This document shows, piece after piece, positions 6,100-16,720 of a stretch of DNA of 42,002 nucleotides (within the stretch, counting starts at the first letter, position 1; every line of letters starts with the position of its first letter). The position numbers and the translations under genes are program-made. The notes under the pieces were generated by a model, which ran no database searches, was not told where the DNA came from, and was given only the letters and a program-made list of their open reading frames with translations. Source of the DNA: a virus (Duplodnaviria; Caudoviricetes); the IMG/VR virus record IMGVR_UViG_3300029171_000017, positions 1-42,002 of that record; one strand, written 5' to 3'.

Positions 6100-7881
6100 T
6101 TGCCTCCAGTTTCTCAGATGCGCGGCGGTCGGCCCAGCTACCTCGGGGGATACCCGAATCCTTGGTTTGACCCCTCCTCAACTTATATCCCATCGACGAT
6201 GAAAGAGTTGTTTCGATGGTGCCATTATCTGTATTCTTCTCATAGTGAAATTGCTCCTGTAATCAATAAAAAGTGCGCCTATGTTATTACTCGATTAATT
6301 TATGATACGGAGCGCGAACGATCGAAACAGTTGTGGAAAGAGCTTTTAGAGCAGACGCTTAAAATTCGGGAGTTTGAATACAAGCTCTTACTGGATTTAG
6401 AAGTGTACGGAAATTCTTATGCTTCGATTTTGTACCCGTTTGAGCGATATTTCAAATGCACGTGCGGATATCGGTTCTTATCACGGGGACAAAAGTGGCA
6501 GTACCAAGATCATCAATTTCACAGCAAGTGTCCTAAATGCAGTCGATCAGGTATAGTTCAGCCTGAGGATGTACCGATTAGAACGCGTTTACGGGTTAAA
6601 TTAATTCGGTGGAACCCACTACATGTCGATATTCGGCATAATCCTATTACGGACCGCAGTGACTATATTTACCGCATTCCAAAGTATCTGCGGCAGCGGA
6701 TGCTTCGTCCTAAGACTAACCGCGTGTTAGTGGAGGATACACCACTAGAATTTTTGCACGCAATTCGCGACCAGAAAAATGTTCTGCTGGATCCAGCCAA
6801 TATTTACGTGTTTAAGACGCCGTCTGTCTCATCTGAAGATGACTCTTATGGCATGCCTTCTCTAACGCCTGTGTTTAAAGATGCTTGGTTGTTCCAGACA
6901 TACAAGCGGGCACAGGAGGCTGTTGCGTTAGAACACGTTCTGCCGCTCACTATTTTAGTCCCGGAAACTGCGGCGGGCGGCTTGTCCCCACACGCGAATG
7001 TAGACTTAAATGAGTGGTCTCGAAAAGTCATGTCGATCGTGCATAAGTGGCGACGGGATCAGAACTCAATCTACACGATGCCGTTTCCGATGCGGGTTGA
7101 GAATATTCGAGGAGATGCGCAGGCGCTTAATGTTTTCAATGAAATGAACCAGATTCGTCAGCAGATTGCCGGTGGTCTCGACGTGCCGCAAGAATTTATT
7201 TATGGTGGGCTAAACTGGTCGGGATCGTCTATTTCGTTGCGAGTTTTGGAAAATTTGTTTTTAAGCCGCATCGAGCGCCTAAATGACTTCTTAGAAAATT
7301 TCGTCGTACCAAAACTTCGACGATATCTCACACTCCCGAATATCGCGATTCGTCACGCAGATTTCAAAATGGCGGATGATGCCCAACAAAAAACCATTGC
7401 GATGTCGTTGCGGGCTACAAATACTATCTCTGATCGTACGACGATTGAGGAGCTGGGATTTGATGCTGACTTGGAATTCAAGCGCCGTAAGGAAGAGACG
7501 GCCGATCGACACAATGAATTGATTGCCTCCATGAAGGCGAATGCCGAGGCTACCGGTATTTCGACATCGGTGCAGGCGAAGTATCAGGGCAAAGCGATGA
7601 TGAGTCAGTATTCAACTCCAATGGCAAAAACGGCAGCCGGAGAGGGATCGTCCGCGCCAATGACTCCTATGCTCTTATCCCTCATGGCACATCATTTTAT
7701 TAAGAAGCCCGGCTCGCCGATGGAGAAAGAGATTGAACTGGACCAGCTTTCTCAAACTAATCCAAAATTGGTTCAGGCAATTCGATCACGGCTAAAACTA
7801 ATTAAAAATCAGGGTTCAGATAAATATCTGAAGCCGCTTCCTGAGCAGAAGGCGCCGCGACGAGCGGCTTCTCCGGTGTAA
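6100..7881 (+). CDS. Portal protein with Zn-ribbon insertion
   Basis: 593 aa; portal-like motifs LDLEVYGNSY, YGMPSL, IAGGLDVPQEFIYG and ISDRTTIEELGFD; inserted CTCG...CPKC. Confidence 0.8.
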   Translation: MPPVSQMRGGRPSYLGGYPNPWFDPSSTYIPSTMKELFRWCHYLYSSHSEIAPVINKKCAYVITRLIYDTERERSKQLWKELLEQTLKIREFEYKLLLDLEVYGNSYASILYPFERYFKCTCGYRFLSRGQKWQYQDHQFHSKCPKCSRSGIVQPEDVPIRTRLRVKLIRWNPLHVDIRHNPITDRSDYIYRIPKYLRQRMLRPKTNRVLVEDTPLEFLHAIRDQKNVLLDPANIYVFKTPSVSSEDDSYGMPSLTPVFKDAWLFQTYKRAQEAVALEHVLPLTILVPETAAGGLSPHANVDLNEWSRKVMSIVHKWRRDQNSIYTMPFPMRVENIRGDAQALNVFNEMNQIRQQIAGGLDVPQEFIYGGLNWSGSSISLRVLENLFLSRIERLNDFLENFVVPKLRRYLTLPNIAIRHADFKMADDAQQKTIAMSLRATNTISDRTTIEELGFDADLEFKRRKEETADRHNELIASMKANAEATGISTSVQAKYQGKAMMSQYSTPMAKTAAGEGSSAPMTPMLLSLMAHHFIKKPGSPMEKEIELDQLSQTNPKLVQAIRSRLKLIKNQGSDKYLKPLPEQKAPRRAASPV

Positions 7882-7883
7882 TA

Positions 7884-7994
7884 ATGTCAGAAAGTCGACT
7901 GAGAAAAGAGCTGGCCACCAAGGTAGCAGTAACGGCAGGGCAGCGAATAATGACCTCTACTCCTGCCATTAAGTTAGAGCAGGGGGGGCGGTAA
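7884..7994 (+). CDS. Small 36-aa ORF (below track cutoff)
   Basis: MSESRLRKELATKVAVTAGQRIMTSTPAIKLEQGGR fills the gap between the portal stop and ORF 7999 and carries a K-V-A motif. Confidence 0.45.
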   Translation: MSESRLRKELATKVAVTAGQRIMTSTPAIKLEQGGR

Positions 7995-7998
7995 AAGC

Positions 7999-8322
7999 AT
8001 GCAATCGATGCGTCGGATTGAAATTCTTATTCTAAAGAATCCTGCTGATAATCGTCGTTGGCAGATGATCAATAACGATAAAGAACGGTATAGAGTTATT
8101 GAGCAAAAATTTTCGACAAATCGAAAAGACGTGGAGATCGAATACGCCTGTTTGATTATTTATGATGAGATCGGGGAGCAGCTACCTCTCACCAGAGAAA
8201 CAGAAGAATTACGATCGTTTGACACAGCCCGCATACAGCAGTCAGCAGATAAAGAGTTGACTTTTGACGAATTGTTTGGTGCGTCAAGTGAGTCTGAACT
8301 CGACTCTTTTGAGCCGACGTAG
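7999..8322 (+). CDS. Hypothetical protein
   Basis: 107 aa, G-rich SD, acidic C-terminus. Confidence 0.7.
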   Translation: MQSMRRIEILILKNPADNRRWQMINNDKERYRVIEQKFSTNRKDVEIEYACLIIYDEIGEQLPLTRETEELRSFDTARIQQSADKELTFDELFGASSESELDSFEPT

Positions 8323-8347
8323 ACGTATACTGTAGCCAGAGGTTCCG

Positions 8348-11300
8348 ATGCTGGATGTTGAGTCACAATTTCCCCGATTGCTGGATCGAGTGGAGGCGCT
8401 GGTTAAAGGCGTTTTTCCGATTAAGTCTCGTCAGCACTTAATCACAGCCAGTAATTGGCGTTGGGATAATTTGGGGAATTCTGTTCGTGACGATTTAGTG
8501 CGGCATCGACAAGCAAAACTCCGGGAGGAGTCGATCACCGCTAAATTGCTGGCGGATGTTCGAATTTCGGAAATTACGAGTGGGAAAGTAGTTGATCAAG
8601 TTTCCGGATACATCCTTCTTCGCGTACCGCACATCACCGCTCGAAGTTCTTATATTGTTAATGGCAAAGAGCTACAAACAATTAATCAGCTGAGGCTTCG
8701 TCCAGGTCTCTACACCCGTCTGACGGCAGACAACAACGTAGAGACTTTCGTCAACACGTCTGCTTCGGGAACTTACAGAGTTATTCTGGATCGCGAAACG
8801 GGCAAGTTTATTTTTCGGGTCGGTACTAGTGCCCACTTTCCTTTACCGGTGATCTTGCGAGTCTTAGGCGTTTCTGATTCTGAAATGCACAACGCCTGGG
8901 GCGCCGACATTTATAAAAGTTCTGTGGAGAAAGTGGAGCAAGGGCATCAGGTAATGAAGCTCATTGCGAAGCTACGCCCGAATTTAAAAGTCTCCACGCC
9001 GGAAGAGGCTTCCAAATTAATTGCTACATTTTTCGAATCAAAACCATTTGATCCGAAGGTTAACTCCATTACTCTTGGAACACCGTTCGCGGCAATTTCA
9101 GGACCTGCATTGCTGGCCTCTTCAAAGAAATGCTTGGAGGTGTCTAGGGGAAAATCGCCTACAGACGATACGGAAAGTCTGGCATTTAAGAGTCTTCATT
9201 CTGTAGAAGATTTTGTGCCTGAGCGTCTGGAGCGAGTACTTCCGAGTGCCGTGTTCGAGATTAAGCAGAAAGTCGATCGTACTCCTAAGGTGAGCACGGC
9301 TATTCCGGCTGACATATTTACGAAATCCGTGCAGTCATTTTTCACAACTAGTGAATTTGCCCGTCACGTAGATCAATCTAACCCGGTGGATATGATTGGG
9401 GCTAATTTTTTAACTACCACTATGGGTGAGGGTGGTATCGGATCAGAACACGCAGTCACCGACGCGGTGCGCCTGGTTCATCCTTCACATGCTGGAGTGT
9501 TGGATGGAATTCAAACTCCTGAAGGTCAGAAAATCGGTATTACGGGTCACCTAACTGTCGCGGCAAAAAAAGTCGGTAACGATATTCATATTCCGGTCAT
9601 TGACGCGAAGACTGGTCAGAAGAAAAGTATGAATGTTAAAGATTTGGACACGAAAGTTATTGCGTTTCCAGATCAATATGATCTGACAAAGACACCGCCG
9701 AAAGCATTATTTTCGACGGTGAAAGCTCGCAAACAATCGGACTTGAAAACTTTCCCTGCGAAATCGGTGGAATATATTTATTCAAGTCCGCAATCATTTT
9801 TTAGTTCGACCTCGAACATGGTGCCTTTTCTGCACAACGATGACGGTAATCGAGTCGGTATGGCTGACCGACACATTGAGCAGACTATCGGGCTTAAAAA
9901 TCCTGATGTTCCGCTCGTGCAAGCTCGTTATGGTCTTAAAGGTTACGAGGAGGTGATCGGATCTGGTGTAAATCCCAAAAGCCCAGTTAATGGGACAGTG
10001 CGTAAAATCACTGATGAAGGGATTTACATCTCAGATGGCAGAAAAGCGCACCGTGTTCCTTTACACAACATGTATCCGCTAAATTCTGATGGATTCATGC
10101 ACGATACCCCCACTGTAGCGGTAGGTGATAAGGTTACAGCTGGGCAGGCCGTGGCTAATAATAATTTCACCAAGAACGATTCTTTGGCGCTGGGTAAGAA
10201 TCTACGTACGGCGTTTATCCCATATAAGGGATACAATTTTGAAGACGGTATTGTCATTTCCCAATCTGCCGCAGAGAAACTCACATCAATTCATAAGTAC
10301 GAACACAAATTAGAAAAAGGCTCCGACACTAAGGTGGGCCTGAAGCTTTTATTGGCGCATTTTCCTGATCAGCAGAAGACCGTGTCTGACAAGAAAAAAT
10401 ATGACACAGACGGTGTGATTAAACCTGGCGCCACGATTAATTACGGGGAGTTACTCATCCCGGCAGTGCGCAAACAGGTTTTCCATGCAGATTACGACTA
10501 CAAAAAACTGCATAACGCTCTTTCGAATCAGTGGATTGATGTGTCTATTTATTGGGATAATGCACATCCAGCTCAGGTAGTTGACGTGGTTAAAACCCAT
10601 CAATTCGTCAAGATTATCACAAAGAGTGAGGAGCCCGCACAAATTGGGGACAAGCTGTCGGGCCGTCACGGTGGTAAAGGAATTATCACACTTATTATTC
10701 CAGATGGTGAGATGTATCGGGACGGTAATGGCGAGACTATCGATCTGTTGTTTAATCCTACCGGAACCGTAGGCCGCGTAAATCCGGGCCAGCTGTATGA
10801 AGCTGCGGCCGGTAAAGCAGCGCGGGTGTCAGGGAAGACGCACTATGTTAAAAATTTCGAGGCAGGATCTACTTTAGATAAGGTCAAAAAGACCCTGTCG
10901 GCAGCCGGACTGGATCCGCATGGGGAAGAGAAAATCACTGACCCTACCACGGGGCGAGTTATCCCGAATGTTTTAGTGGGTGACATGCACTTTTTGAAAC
11001 TGCGACATCGAGTCGCGAAGAAGTTCTCTGCCAGGGGATACGGTGGTGAGTATACCATCAACGAGCAGCCTGCGAAAACGGATGAAGGTTCGGCTCAGCG
11101 TATCGGTGGACTTGATCTGTACGCTTTATTATCAGGTGGCGCGACAAATTTTGTCAATGACGCCTTCATGATTAAAGGGCAAAAAAACGACGCATATTGG
11201 AGAGCTATTCAGTTAGGACTCCCCGCGCCTGCCCCGGCAGCTCCCTACGTGTCCGAGAAGTTTACGACTTTTCTGCGCGGAGCTGGGATTGATTTGACAC

Positions 11301-14300
11301 GTAAAGGTGACCTAATTCAGGCGTCGCCGATGACTGATGCGAAAGTGCTCTCTTTGTCGAGAGGTGAGATTAAAGAGCCGTCTGTGGTGACAGCCACCGA
11401 CCTCAAACCAGAGAAAGATGGGTTGTTTGATCCCGCAGTGACTGGAGGAATTGGCGGGGAACACTACGCCCATATCGCGCTTCCAGAGGCAATTGTCCAT
11501 CCTTTAATGTGGCGAGCAGTGGCCTCGGTATCGGAAATGTCCGAGAAGGATTTAAAGCAAGTCTCGGAGGGGGCTCTGGGTATTAAGGACGGGAAGTTGG
11601 TGTCTTCTAAAGAGCCAGGTGCTGTGACCGGCGGTGACGGAATTCGAAAGATGCTGGCTAACATTAATGTCGACAGTGAATTGCGTAAAATTGATATCCA
11701 GTATAAAACTACTAAATCGGTTATGAAAAAAGATCATCTGGCTAGACGCCGTCGATTTTTAGAGTCGCTAAAACACCTGTCGCTCTCCCCAGCTGACGCT
11801 TACACCATTAAGAACGTTTCAGTAATTCCGCCGAAATTTCGCGCCATTTATCCTCTGCCGGACGGAGCACTTAATGTCTCTGACGCTAACCACGGATACC
11901 GCGAAATTCTGATGGTCAGCAACGCCCTCAAAAATCTGAAAAACATTAAAGTTGATGATGCTATTCTGGGCGGACTGCGCCGTGACCTAAATAACTCTGT
12001 TGGCGGCCTGGTTGGTACTCAAGAACCGATTACTCGGAGTTCGTACTTTAAAGGGTTTATGGCGACAATCAAGGGCGCTTCGAATAAGCACGGACTGTTT
12101 CAAGGTCGTGTTATGTCGCGTCCACAAGACCTTTCGGCCCGATCGACAATTATTCCGGATCCAAAATTTGGTATTGATGAAGTCGGTATTCCCGAAAAAA
12201 TGGCGCTGACTCTGTACAAGCCTTTCGTGGTTCGTCGGTTAGTAGGCTTAGGCTATCCGCCCCTCGAAGCTCGGGAAATGACTGAGACGGGCGCCGAAAT
12301 GGCGATGAAGGCGTTACACGTCGAAATTAAAGATCGTCCACTGGTACTAAATCGGGCGCCGTCACTACACAAGTTTAGCATGCTCGGGCTAAAGCCGACT
12401 TTGGTGTCTGGTGAGGCTATTAAGATTAATCCGCTAATTGTGTCTGGTCTTAACGCAGACTTTGACGGCGATACGATGGGTGTTCATGTACCGGTAACAG
12501 AAGCGGCCCGAAAAGAGGTTATTGAAAAAATGATGCCTTCTCGGAACTTGTTTTCTCCGGCCAGTGGTCGAGTGGTAAATCAGCCGACGATGGAAACAGT
12601 TCTCGGATTGTACTTGATGTCTAATCCCGTAGGGACTCCAATTGCTGTAGCCTCTGAAAAAGAAGCGATGGCGAAGTATGAGTCCAAGGCGATTGAAGTA
12701 AACGCTGCGCTGAAGATCGGTAATCGCGCTACGTGTGTTGGCCAAATTCTGCTTAATAGGGTTATTCCATCATATGCCCAAATTGACGGGCCGATGACTA
12801 AGAAAGTCATGAGTTCGACAATTGAAACTGTGGCGAAGAAAGATCCGAGTTTTGCTGCCGAGATGATGAATAAGTTGAAGGACTTAGGTAATCACTATGT
12901 TACCGAGGTTGGCTTCTCGGTTAGTTTGCGTGATTTGCATATCGACACGAAAAAGAGAGATAAAATTCTTTCGGACGCGGATAGACGAACAAAAGTCGTG
13001 GGATTCTCGAAAGCCTCAGAAGAGGCAGCTAAGCGAATTTCGGATTTAGTTCATAGTGATAAAGATAATCGTTTCGTGGTAATCTCTACTGGCTCAGGAG
13101 CACTAGGTGGTAAGGCCGGTTCAGTTAACCGGTTACTCGCGACTCCAGTAGCTGTAACCGATCATCGTGGTGTCCCCATTCCTGTTCAAATTAAAAAATC
13201 CTACGCCGAAGGTCATGACTTAGGATCCTACTGGGCCACGCTGCCCGGTGCCCGTAAAGGTATGATGGATAAAGGACTATCTACAGCAGACACGGGATAT
13301 TTGACCAAGCGGTTGGTTCAAGCCAATATTGATACCATCATTTCCGAGACCGATTGTCGGACTACCCGAGGAGTGACGTTAGAACCGGGTAGTCAGGATT
13401 TAGTTGGTCGGGTGGTTGTTAACACACCAGCTCAAGGCTCAATTGCCAATCATATAATCACCCCGGACATTGCGAAAAATCTAAATAAGGCCGTAATGGT
13501 ACGGAGCCCTTTAACTTGCCAGTCTCGTCGGGGTATTTGTGCGCGATGTTTTGGTCTTAACGAAAACGGTCAATTTTATCCGATTGGATTTCATATCGGC
13601 ACGTTAGCGGCTCAGACAATTGGTGAACCCTCTACTCAACTTTCGCTTAAGGCTTTTCATGTCGGTGGCGCGGTTGGCCAAGGTGCAACCAATAAAGGGT
13701 TTAATCGAGTCGATCAGATATTCACCCTGCCGGATAATGTGAAAGGTCGAGCGGTATTATCGGCAGAGACAGGTGCTATCTCTTTTGTGGAGCGCAGCCC
13801 TCTGGGCGGTTGGAACGTATTTGTCAATAAAGCAAAGCATTATATCCCCAATGAATTAGGATTTTCTAAGCGATTGGGTGATAAGGTAAAGGCAGGAGAT
13901 CAGCTTTCGGAAGGCGGGTCTATTCGGCCTCAGGACGTGTTACAGACTACAGGCGACATTAATAAAGTCCGCGACGTGCTTATTAGCGAATTAGATGATA
14001 ATTTCCGATCATCTGGAGTTGCGATTAAACGCCGGATTTATGAAACGGTCGTTAAACCCATGACCCGGTTTGCAAAAGTCACCGACAGCGGTAGCGCTCG
14101 GGATTTTCACGCAGGTGACGTAATTTCAGTAGATCGAATTGAGCAACACAACAGCACGGCCCTGAAAGGAGGGATGGTGCAGTATGAGCCTATGTTAGTT
14201 GGTGTAGGTAAGGTTCCGCATTTAGGTGAAGATTTTGTTGGACGAATGATGCACGATCGAATTATTGATACAGCGCGAGAAGCCGTGACATTAGGTCGAA

Positions 14301-14401
14301 AAACCAATATCGGCAGCACCGGCCACCCTGTTTCTCATCTGGCGTTTCTTGGCTCAAAAAATAATCTGCAACCTATACTCCCGCCTAACAAATCGAAGTA
14401 A
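8348..14401 (+). CDS. rpoBC: Phage DNA-directed RNA polymerase, fused beta-beta' single polypeptide
   Basis: Beta motifs: YIVNGKE, QTPEGQKIG, GYNFEDGIVIS, GDKLSGRHGGKG (10646), LKLRH, AQRIGGLD. Beta' motifs: KPEKDGLFD, VIPPKFR, LNRAPSLH, catalytic NADFDGD (12452-12472), TADTGYLTKRL, RSPLTC...ICARCFG, AQTIGEPSTQL. Confidence 0.96.
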   Translation: MLDVESQFPRLLDRVEALVKGVFPIKSRQHLITASNWRWDNLGNSVRDDLVRHRQAKLREESITAKLLADVRISEITSGKVVDQVSGYILLRVPHITARSSYIVNGKELQTINQLRLRPGLYTRLTADNNVETFVNTSASGTYRVILDRETGKFIFRVGTSAHFPLPVILRVLGVSDSEMHNAWGADIYKSSVEKVEQGHQVMKLIAKLRPNLKVSTPEEASKLIATFFESKPFDPKVNSITLGTPFAAISGPALLASSKKCLEVSRGKSPTDDTESLAFKSLHSVEDFVPERLERVLPSAVFEIKQKVDRTPKVSTAIPADIFTKSVQSFFTTSEFARHVDQSNPVDMIGANFLTTTMGEGGIGSEHAVTDAVRLVHPSHAGVLDGIQTPEGQKIGITGHLTVAAKKVGNDIHIPVIDAKTGQKKSMNVKDLDTKVIAFPDQYDLTKTPPKALFSTVKARKQSDLKTFPAKSVEYIYSSPQSFFSSTSNMVPFLHNDDGNRVGMADRHIEQTIGLKNPDVPLVQARYGLKGYEEVIGSGVNPKSPVNGTVRKITDEGIYISDGRKAHRVPLHNMYPLNSDGFMHDTPTVAVGDKVTAGQAVANNNFTKNDSLALGKNLRTAFIPYKGYNFEDGIVISQSAAEKLTSIHKYEHKLEKGSDTKVGLKLLLAHFPDQQKTVSDKKKYDTDGVIKPGATINYGELLIPAVRKQVFHADYDYKKLHNALSNQWIDVSIYWDNAHPAQVVDVVKTHQFVKIITKSEEPAQIGDKLSGRHGGKGIITLIIPDGEMYRDGNGETIDLLFNPTGTVGRVNPGQLYEAAAGKAARVSGKTHYVKNFEAGSTLDKVKKTLSAAGLDPHGEEKITDPTTGRVIPNVLVGDMHFLKLRHRVAKKFSARGYGGEYTINEQPAKTDEGSAQRIGGLDLYALLSGGATNFVNDAFMIKGQKNDAYWRAIQLGLPAPAPAAPYVSEKFTTFLRGAGIDLTRKGDLIQASPMTDAKVLSLSRGEIKEPSVVTATDLKPEKDGLFDPAVTGGIGGEHYAHIALPEAIVHPLMWRAVASVSEMSEKDLKQVSEGALGIKDGKLVSSKEPGAVTGGDGIRKMLANINVDSELRKIDIQYKTTKSVMKKDHLARRRRFLESLKHLSLSPADAYTIKNVSVIPPKFRAIYPLPDGALNVSDANHGYREILMVSNALKNLKNIKVDDAILGGLRRDLNNSVGGLVGTQEPITRSSYFKGFMATIKGASNKHGLFQGRVMSRPQDLSARSTIIPDPKFGIDEVGIPEKMALTLYKPFVVRRLVGLGYPPLEAREMTETGAEMAMKALHVEIKDRPLVLNRAPSLHKFSMLGLKPTLVSGEAIKINPLIVSGLNADFDGDTMGVHVPVTEAARKEVIEKMMPSRNLFSPASGRVVNQPTMETVLGLYLMSNPVGTPIAVASEKEAMAKYESKAIEVNAALKIGNRATCVGQILLNRVIPSYAQIDGPMTKKVMSSTIETVAKKDPSFAAEMMNKLKDLGNHYVTEVGFSVSLRDLHIDTKKRDKILSDADRRTKVVGFSKASEEAAKRISDLVHSDKDNRFVVISTGSGALGGKAGSVNRLLATPVAVTDHRGVPIPVQIKKSYAEGHDLGSYWATLPGARKGMMDKGLSTADTGYLTKRLVQANIDTIISETDCRTTRGVTLEPGSQDLVGRVVVNTPAQGSIANHIITPDIAKNLNKAVMVRSPLTCQSRRGICARCFGLNENGQFYPIGFHIGTLAAQTIGEPSTQLSLKAFHVGGAVGQGATNKGFNRVDQIFTLPDNVKGRAVLSAETGAISFVERSPLGGWNVFVNKAKHYIPNELGFSKRLGDKVKAGDQLSEGGSIRPQDVLQTTGDINKVRDVLISELDDNFRSSGVAIKRRIYETVVKPMTRFAKVTDSGSARDFHAGDVISVDRIEQHNSTALKGGMVQYEPMLVGVGKVPHLGEDFVGRMMHDRIIDTAREAVTLGRKTNIGSTGHPVSHLAFLGSKNNLQPILPPNKSK

Positions 14402-14406
14402 GATGG

Positions 14407-15582
14407 TTGATTATGATTGAATGCGGCACAGTTCGTGAGTTTGACTCTGATAAAAATGTGTACATCGTCAACCTTGATCGAACTGGTGACGTAATTTCTC
14501 GCGCCATTGTTTCGGGGGCGGAACGTCCGTATCAGATATTATCTCGGGTCGTGTGCGTTCGAGTTGTGGGGTTAGACTGGGCAATAATTGGGGAGGTTTC
14601 TCAGCCGCAGCCGTTGCCGGGAGACAGTCGTCCAAAAACACTAGACGAGACGATTGCTGAATTCGACTCGACCCTTCGAGATACACGAATTTCGAATCGA
14701 GCTGCGGACTTACCGAATTTTCGAGAAATCGGTGCTGATGTTCTCGTGACAGGTGACGCCTCGTTAGAGAATAAAACACTTAATCCCCGAACACGCAGTC
14801 GAGTTAAAGTATTCTCACACGGCTCGATCTTATCTTTCGCTTCCAATTTATGCTTTACGTTATGGCACCGATTAACTGGCCTGATGGTTACCCAGTGCCG
14901 AAGCTGGATCTTGCGGACAATCGGCTACGAGTTTTCGGTCTCAGCCAGCGTCGATAGTCCGCGATTAGTTAAGCGAACAGTGGTGCAAGCCAACCCTTTA
15001 CCAAGTCAGCAAGCCTCGAATTCATTGCCGTTAATCGATCGAGAAACGATCGAAGGATTTATCCCGTCTCCTGATGATACTTACGCAAAATCAGCGTCTG
15101 AAATAGCTGAGCATCCCAAAGCTCGTCGAGGAATTCGGCTTAATCAGTTCGATTATTTATTCGTTGAGGCTGATAACAATCAACAAACTGTACGTTTGCG
15201 ACTTGATAAAATTGAACGAGATGACACCGGAAAGATTACGTCTCGGGTTAATCAGGTCGTTAAAACAATTGGTCGGGTTAGAGATGATGGGGTTACGTTC
15301 AATGACGGACATTATGAAACTTGGGGGGATTGGGCAGAAATAAGCATTAACGCTACCGATAAGATTATTCGAATCAAGCACGTGGAATCCAGTCAGGTAC
15401 TCGAAATCGCGGCGGCGGGTATCACGATGAGTCGGCAAGACCAGTCGATTGTCATGGATGATTCCGGTGTCACAATTAAAGCGAAGAATTTTCGTGTTGA
15501 GGCCGTTGACGATATTGTGGAAATCGCCGGTAAGCTACATTTATCCGAAGGCAACATAGTCGATCACAAGGCGCCTGGATAA
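14407..15582 (+). CDS. Baseplate central spike (gp5/gpV-like)
   Basis: N-terminal OB-fold-like start ([20 protein letters not shown]), C-terminal beta-helix-like strands ([20 protein letters not shown]), PAAR gene nearby. Start may be ATG 14413. Confidence 0.6.
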   Translation: MIMIECGTVREFDSDKNVYIVNLDRTGDVISRAIVSGAERPYQILSRVVCVRVVGLDWAIIGEVSQPQPLPGDSRPKTLDETIAEFDSTLRDTRISNRAADLPNFREIGADVLVTGDASLENKTLNPRTRSRVKVFSHGSILSFASNLCFTLWHRLTGLMVTQCRSWILRTIGYEFSVSASVDSPRLVKRTVVQANPLPSQQASNSLPLIDRETIEGFIPSPDDTYAKSASEIAEHPKARRGIRLNQFDYLFVEADNNQQTVRLRLDKIERDDTGKITSRVNQVVKTIGRVRDDGVTFNDGHYETWGDWAEISINATDKIIRIKHVESSQVLEIAAAGITMSRQDQSIVMDDSGVTIKAKNFRVEAVDDIVEIAGKLHLSEGNIVDHKAPG

Positions 15583-16718
15583 TGGGTTTTCGCGATAAAA
15601 AACCAGTTCAGCGAACTAAAAATAATTCTCCCGATCGTTCTGTTCGAGGAGACATTCCCGTATTTCAAGAGGCGGACGGAACTTTAGGTAGTTCTGGACT
15701 TCGTCCCGATCAATTACTATCTGAGATACAGATCCAGCAGCGCGGCGATCTTTTAATCGGTCTCAAGGATAATCAGGTCGGCATTCTTCCGGTCGGACAG
15801 CCGGATCAGATTCTTGTGGTTAATCCACTGTCCCCTGTTGGTGTATCGTGGGAAGATATAGACATTGGTGCAGGATCGCAGGGTCCACAAGGTCCGGTAG
15901 GTCCTCCCGGTCCTCCCGGTAATCCGGGAACTGATGGTGACGAAGGTCCTCCCGGCCCTCCTGGAATGCCTGGTCTCGCTGGTGCGCCTGGACCGGCAGG
16001 ATCAACTGGCGATACGGGACCCGCAGGAGCTGACGGTCAGGTAGGACCACCTGGCGAAGACGGTGTCGCCGGGTTAGAAGGTCTTCCAGGATTGCCGGGG
16101 CGTCCGGGAAACAGTCCGACAGCGTTCTATGAATTTTCCTCCGACACCTCTTCGACCGACCCCGGAACTGGGGTACTTAAGTTCAATTCGGCGATACTTA
16201 GTAACGTAGATGAGCTATTTTTTAATAACTACACCAAAGAATTGTGGGATTTAGCGGATTTTTATAAAGGACTGGATGATTCATCTCCGTATGGAGCCAT
16301 AATTTATATTACTGACACTACGGATCGATCTAATTTTCTTGTATTTCACGTCTCGACAGCTATTGATAGCTCTGGATGGAATATTTTTGAAGGAGCCATT
16401 ATTGCGTTCGGGGGTACGTTTATCAACGGAATGATATTGTCTGTAGGGTTTTCGTTGCACACAGCAATAACGTTTTCGGCCAGTAGTCGAATTTTAGCTC
16501 GTATCACTTCTGGCGCAGGTCCAGCAGAAGAAGCTACGGGAGCCCAAGTTACCGCGATTCTTTCGAATTTTGTTGGTGATTCCGGAGCAGGTGGGACAAA
16601 AGGGTTGGTGCCTGCTCCCGCTTCCGGGGATGCGGCGAAGGATGCTGTGTTGTCCGCAGATGGAAGCTGGAAAAGTATGCAAGCATTTGTTCTGAGTCGT
16701 GTGTTTTTGTTGGGGTAG
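15582..16718 (+). CDS. Collagen-like fibre protein
   Basis: 27 contiguous Gly-X-Y triplets; fibre-type motifs RGDLLIG...[10 protein letters not shown] and [13 protein letters not shown]...LSADGSW. Confidence 0.85.
   Translation: MGFRDKKPVQRTKNNSPDRSVRGDIPVFQEADGTLGSSGLRPDQLLSEIQIQQRGDLLIGLKDNQVGILPVGQPDQILVVNPLSPVGVSWEDIDIGAGSQGPQGPVGPPGPPGNPGTDGDEGPPGPPGMPGLAGAPGPAGSTGDTGPAGADGQVGPPGEDGVAGLEGLPGLPGRPGNSPTAFYEFSSDTSSTDPGTGVLKFNSAILSNVDELFFNNYTKELWDLADFYKGLDDSSPYGAIIYITDTTDRSNFLVFHVSTAIDSSGWNIFEGAIIAFGGTFINGMILSVGFSLHTAITFSASSRILARITSGAGPAEEATGAQVTAILSNFVGDSGAGGTKGLVPAPASGDAAKDAVLSADGSWKSMQAFVLSRVFLLG
15873..16115 (+). repeat. Collagen Gly-X-Y repeat (27 triplets)
   Basis: [12 protein letters not shown] ... 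GLP GRP GNS, uninterrupted. Confidence 0.95.
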
Positions 16719-16720
16719 CT

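Noticed and set aside
8348-14401. Bacterial chromosomal rpoBC locus
   Set aside because: No flanking ribosomal protein genes, strongly reduced and divergent sequence, and surrounded by phage virion genes.
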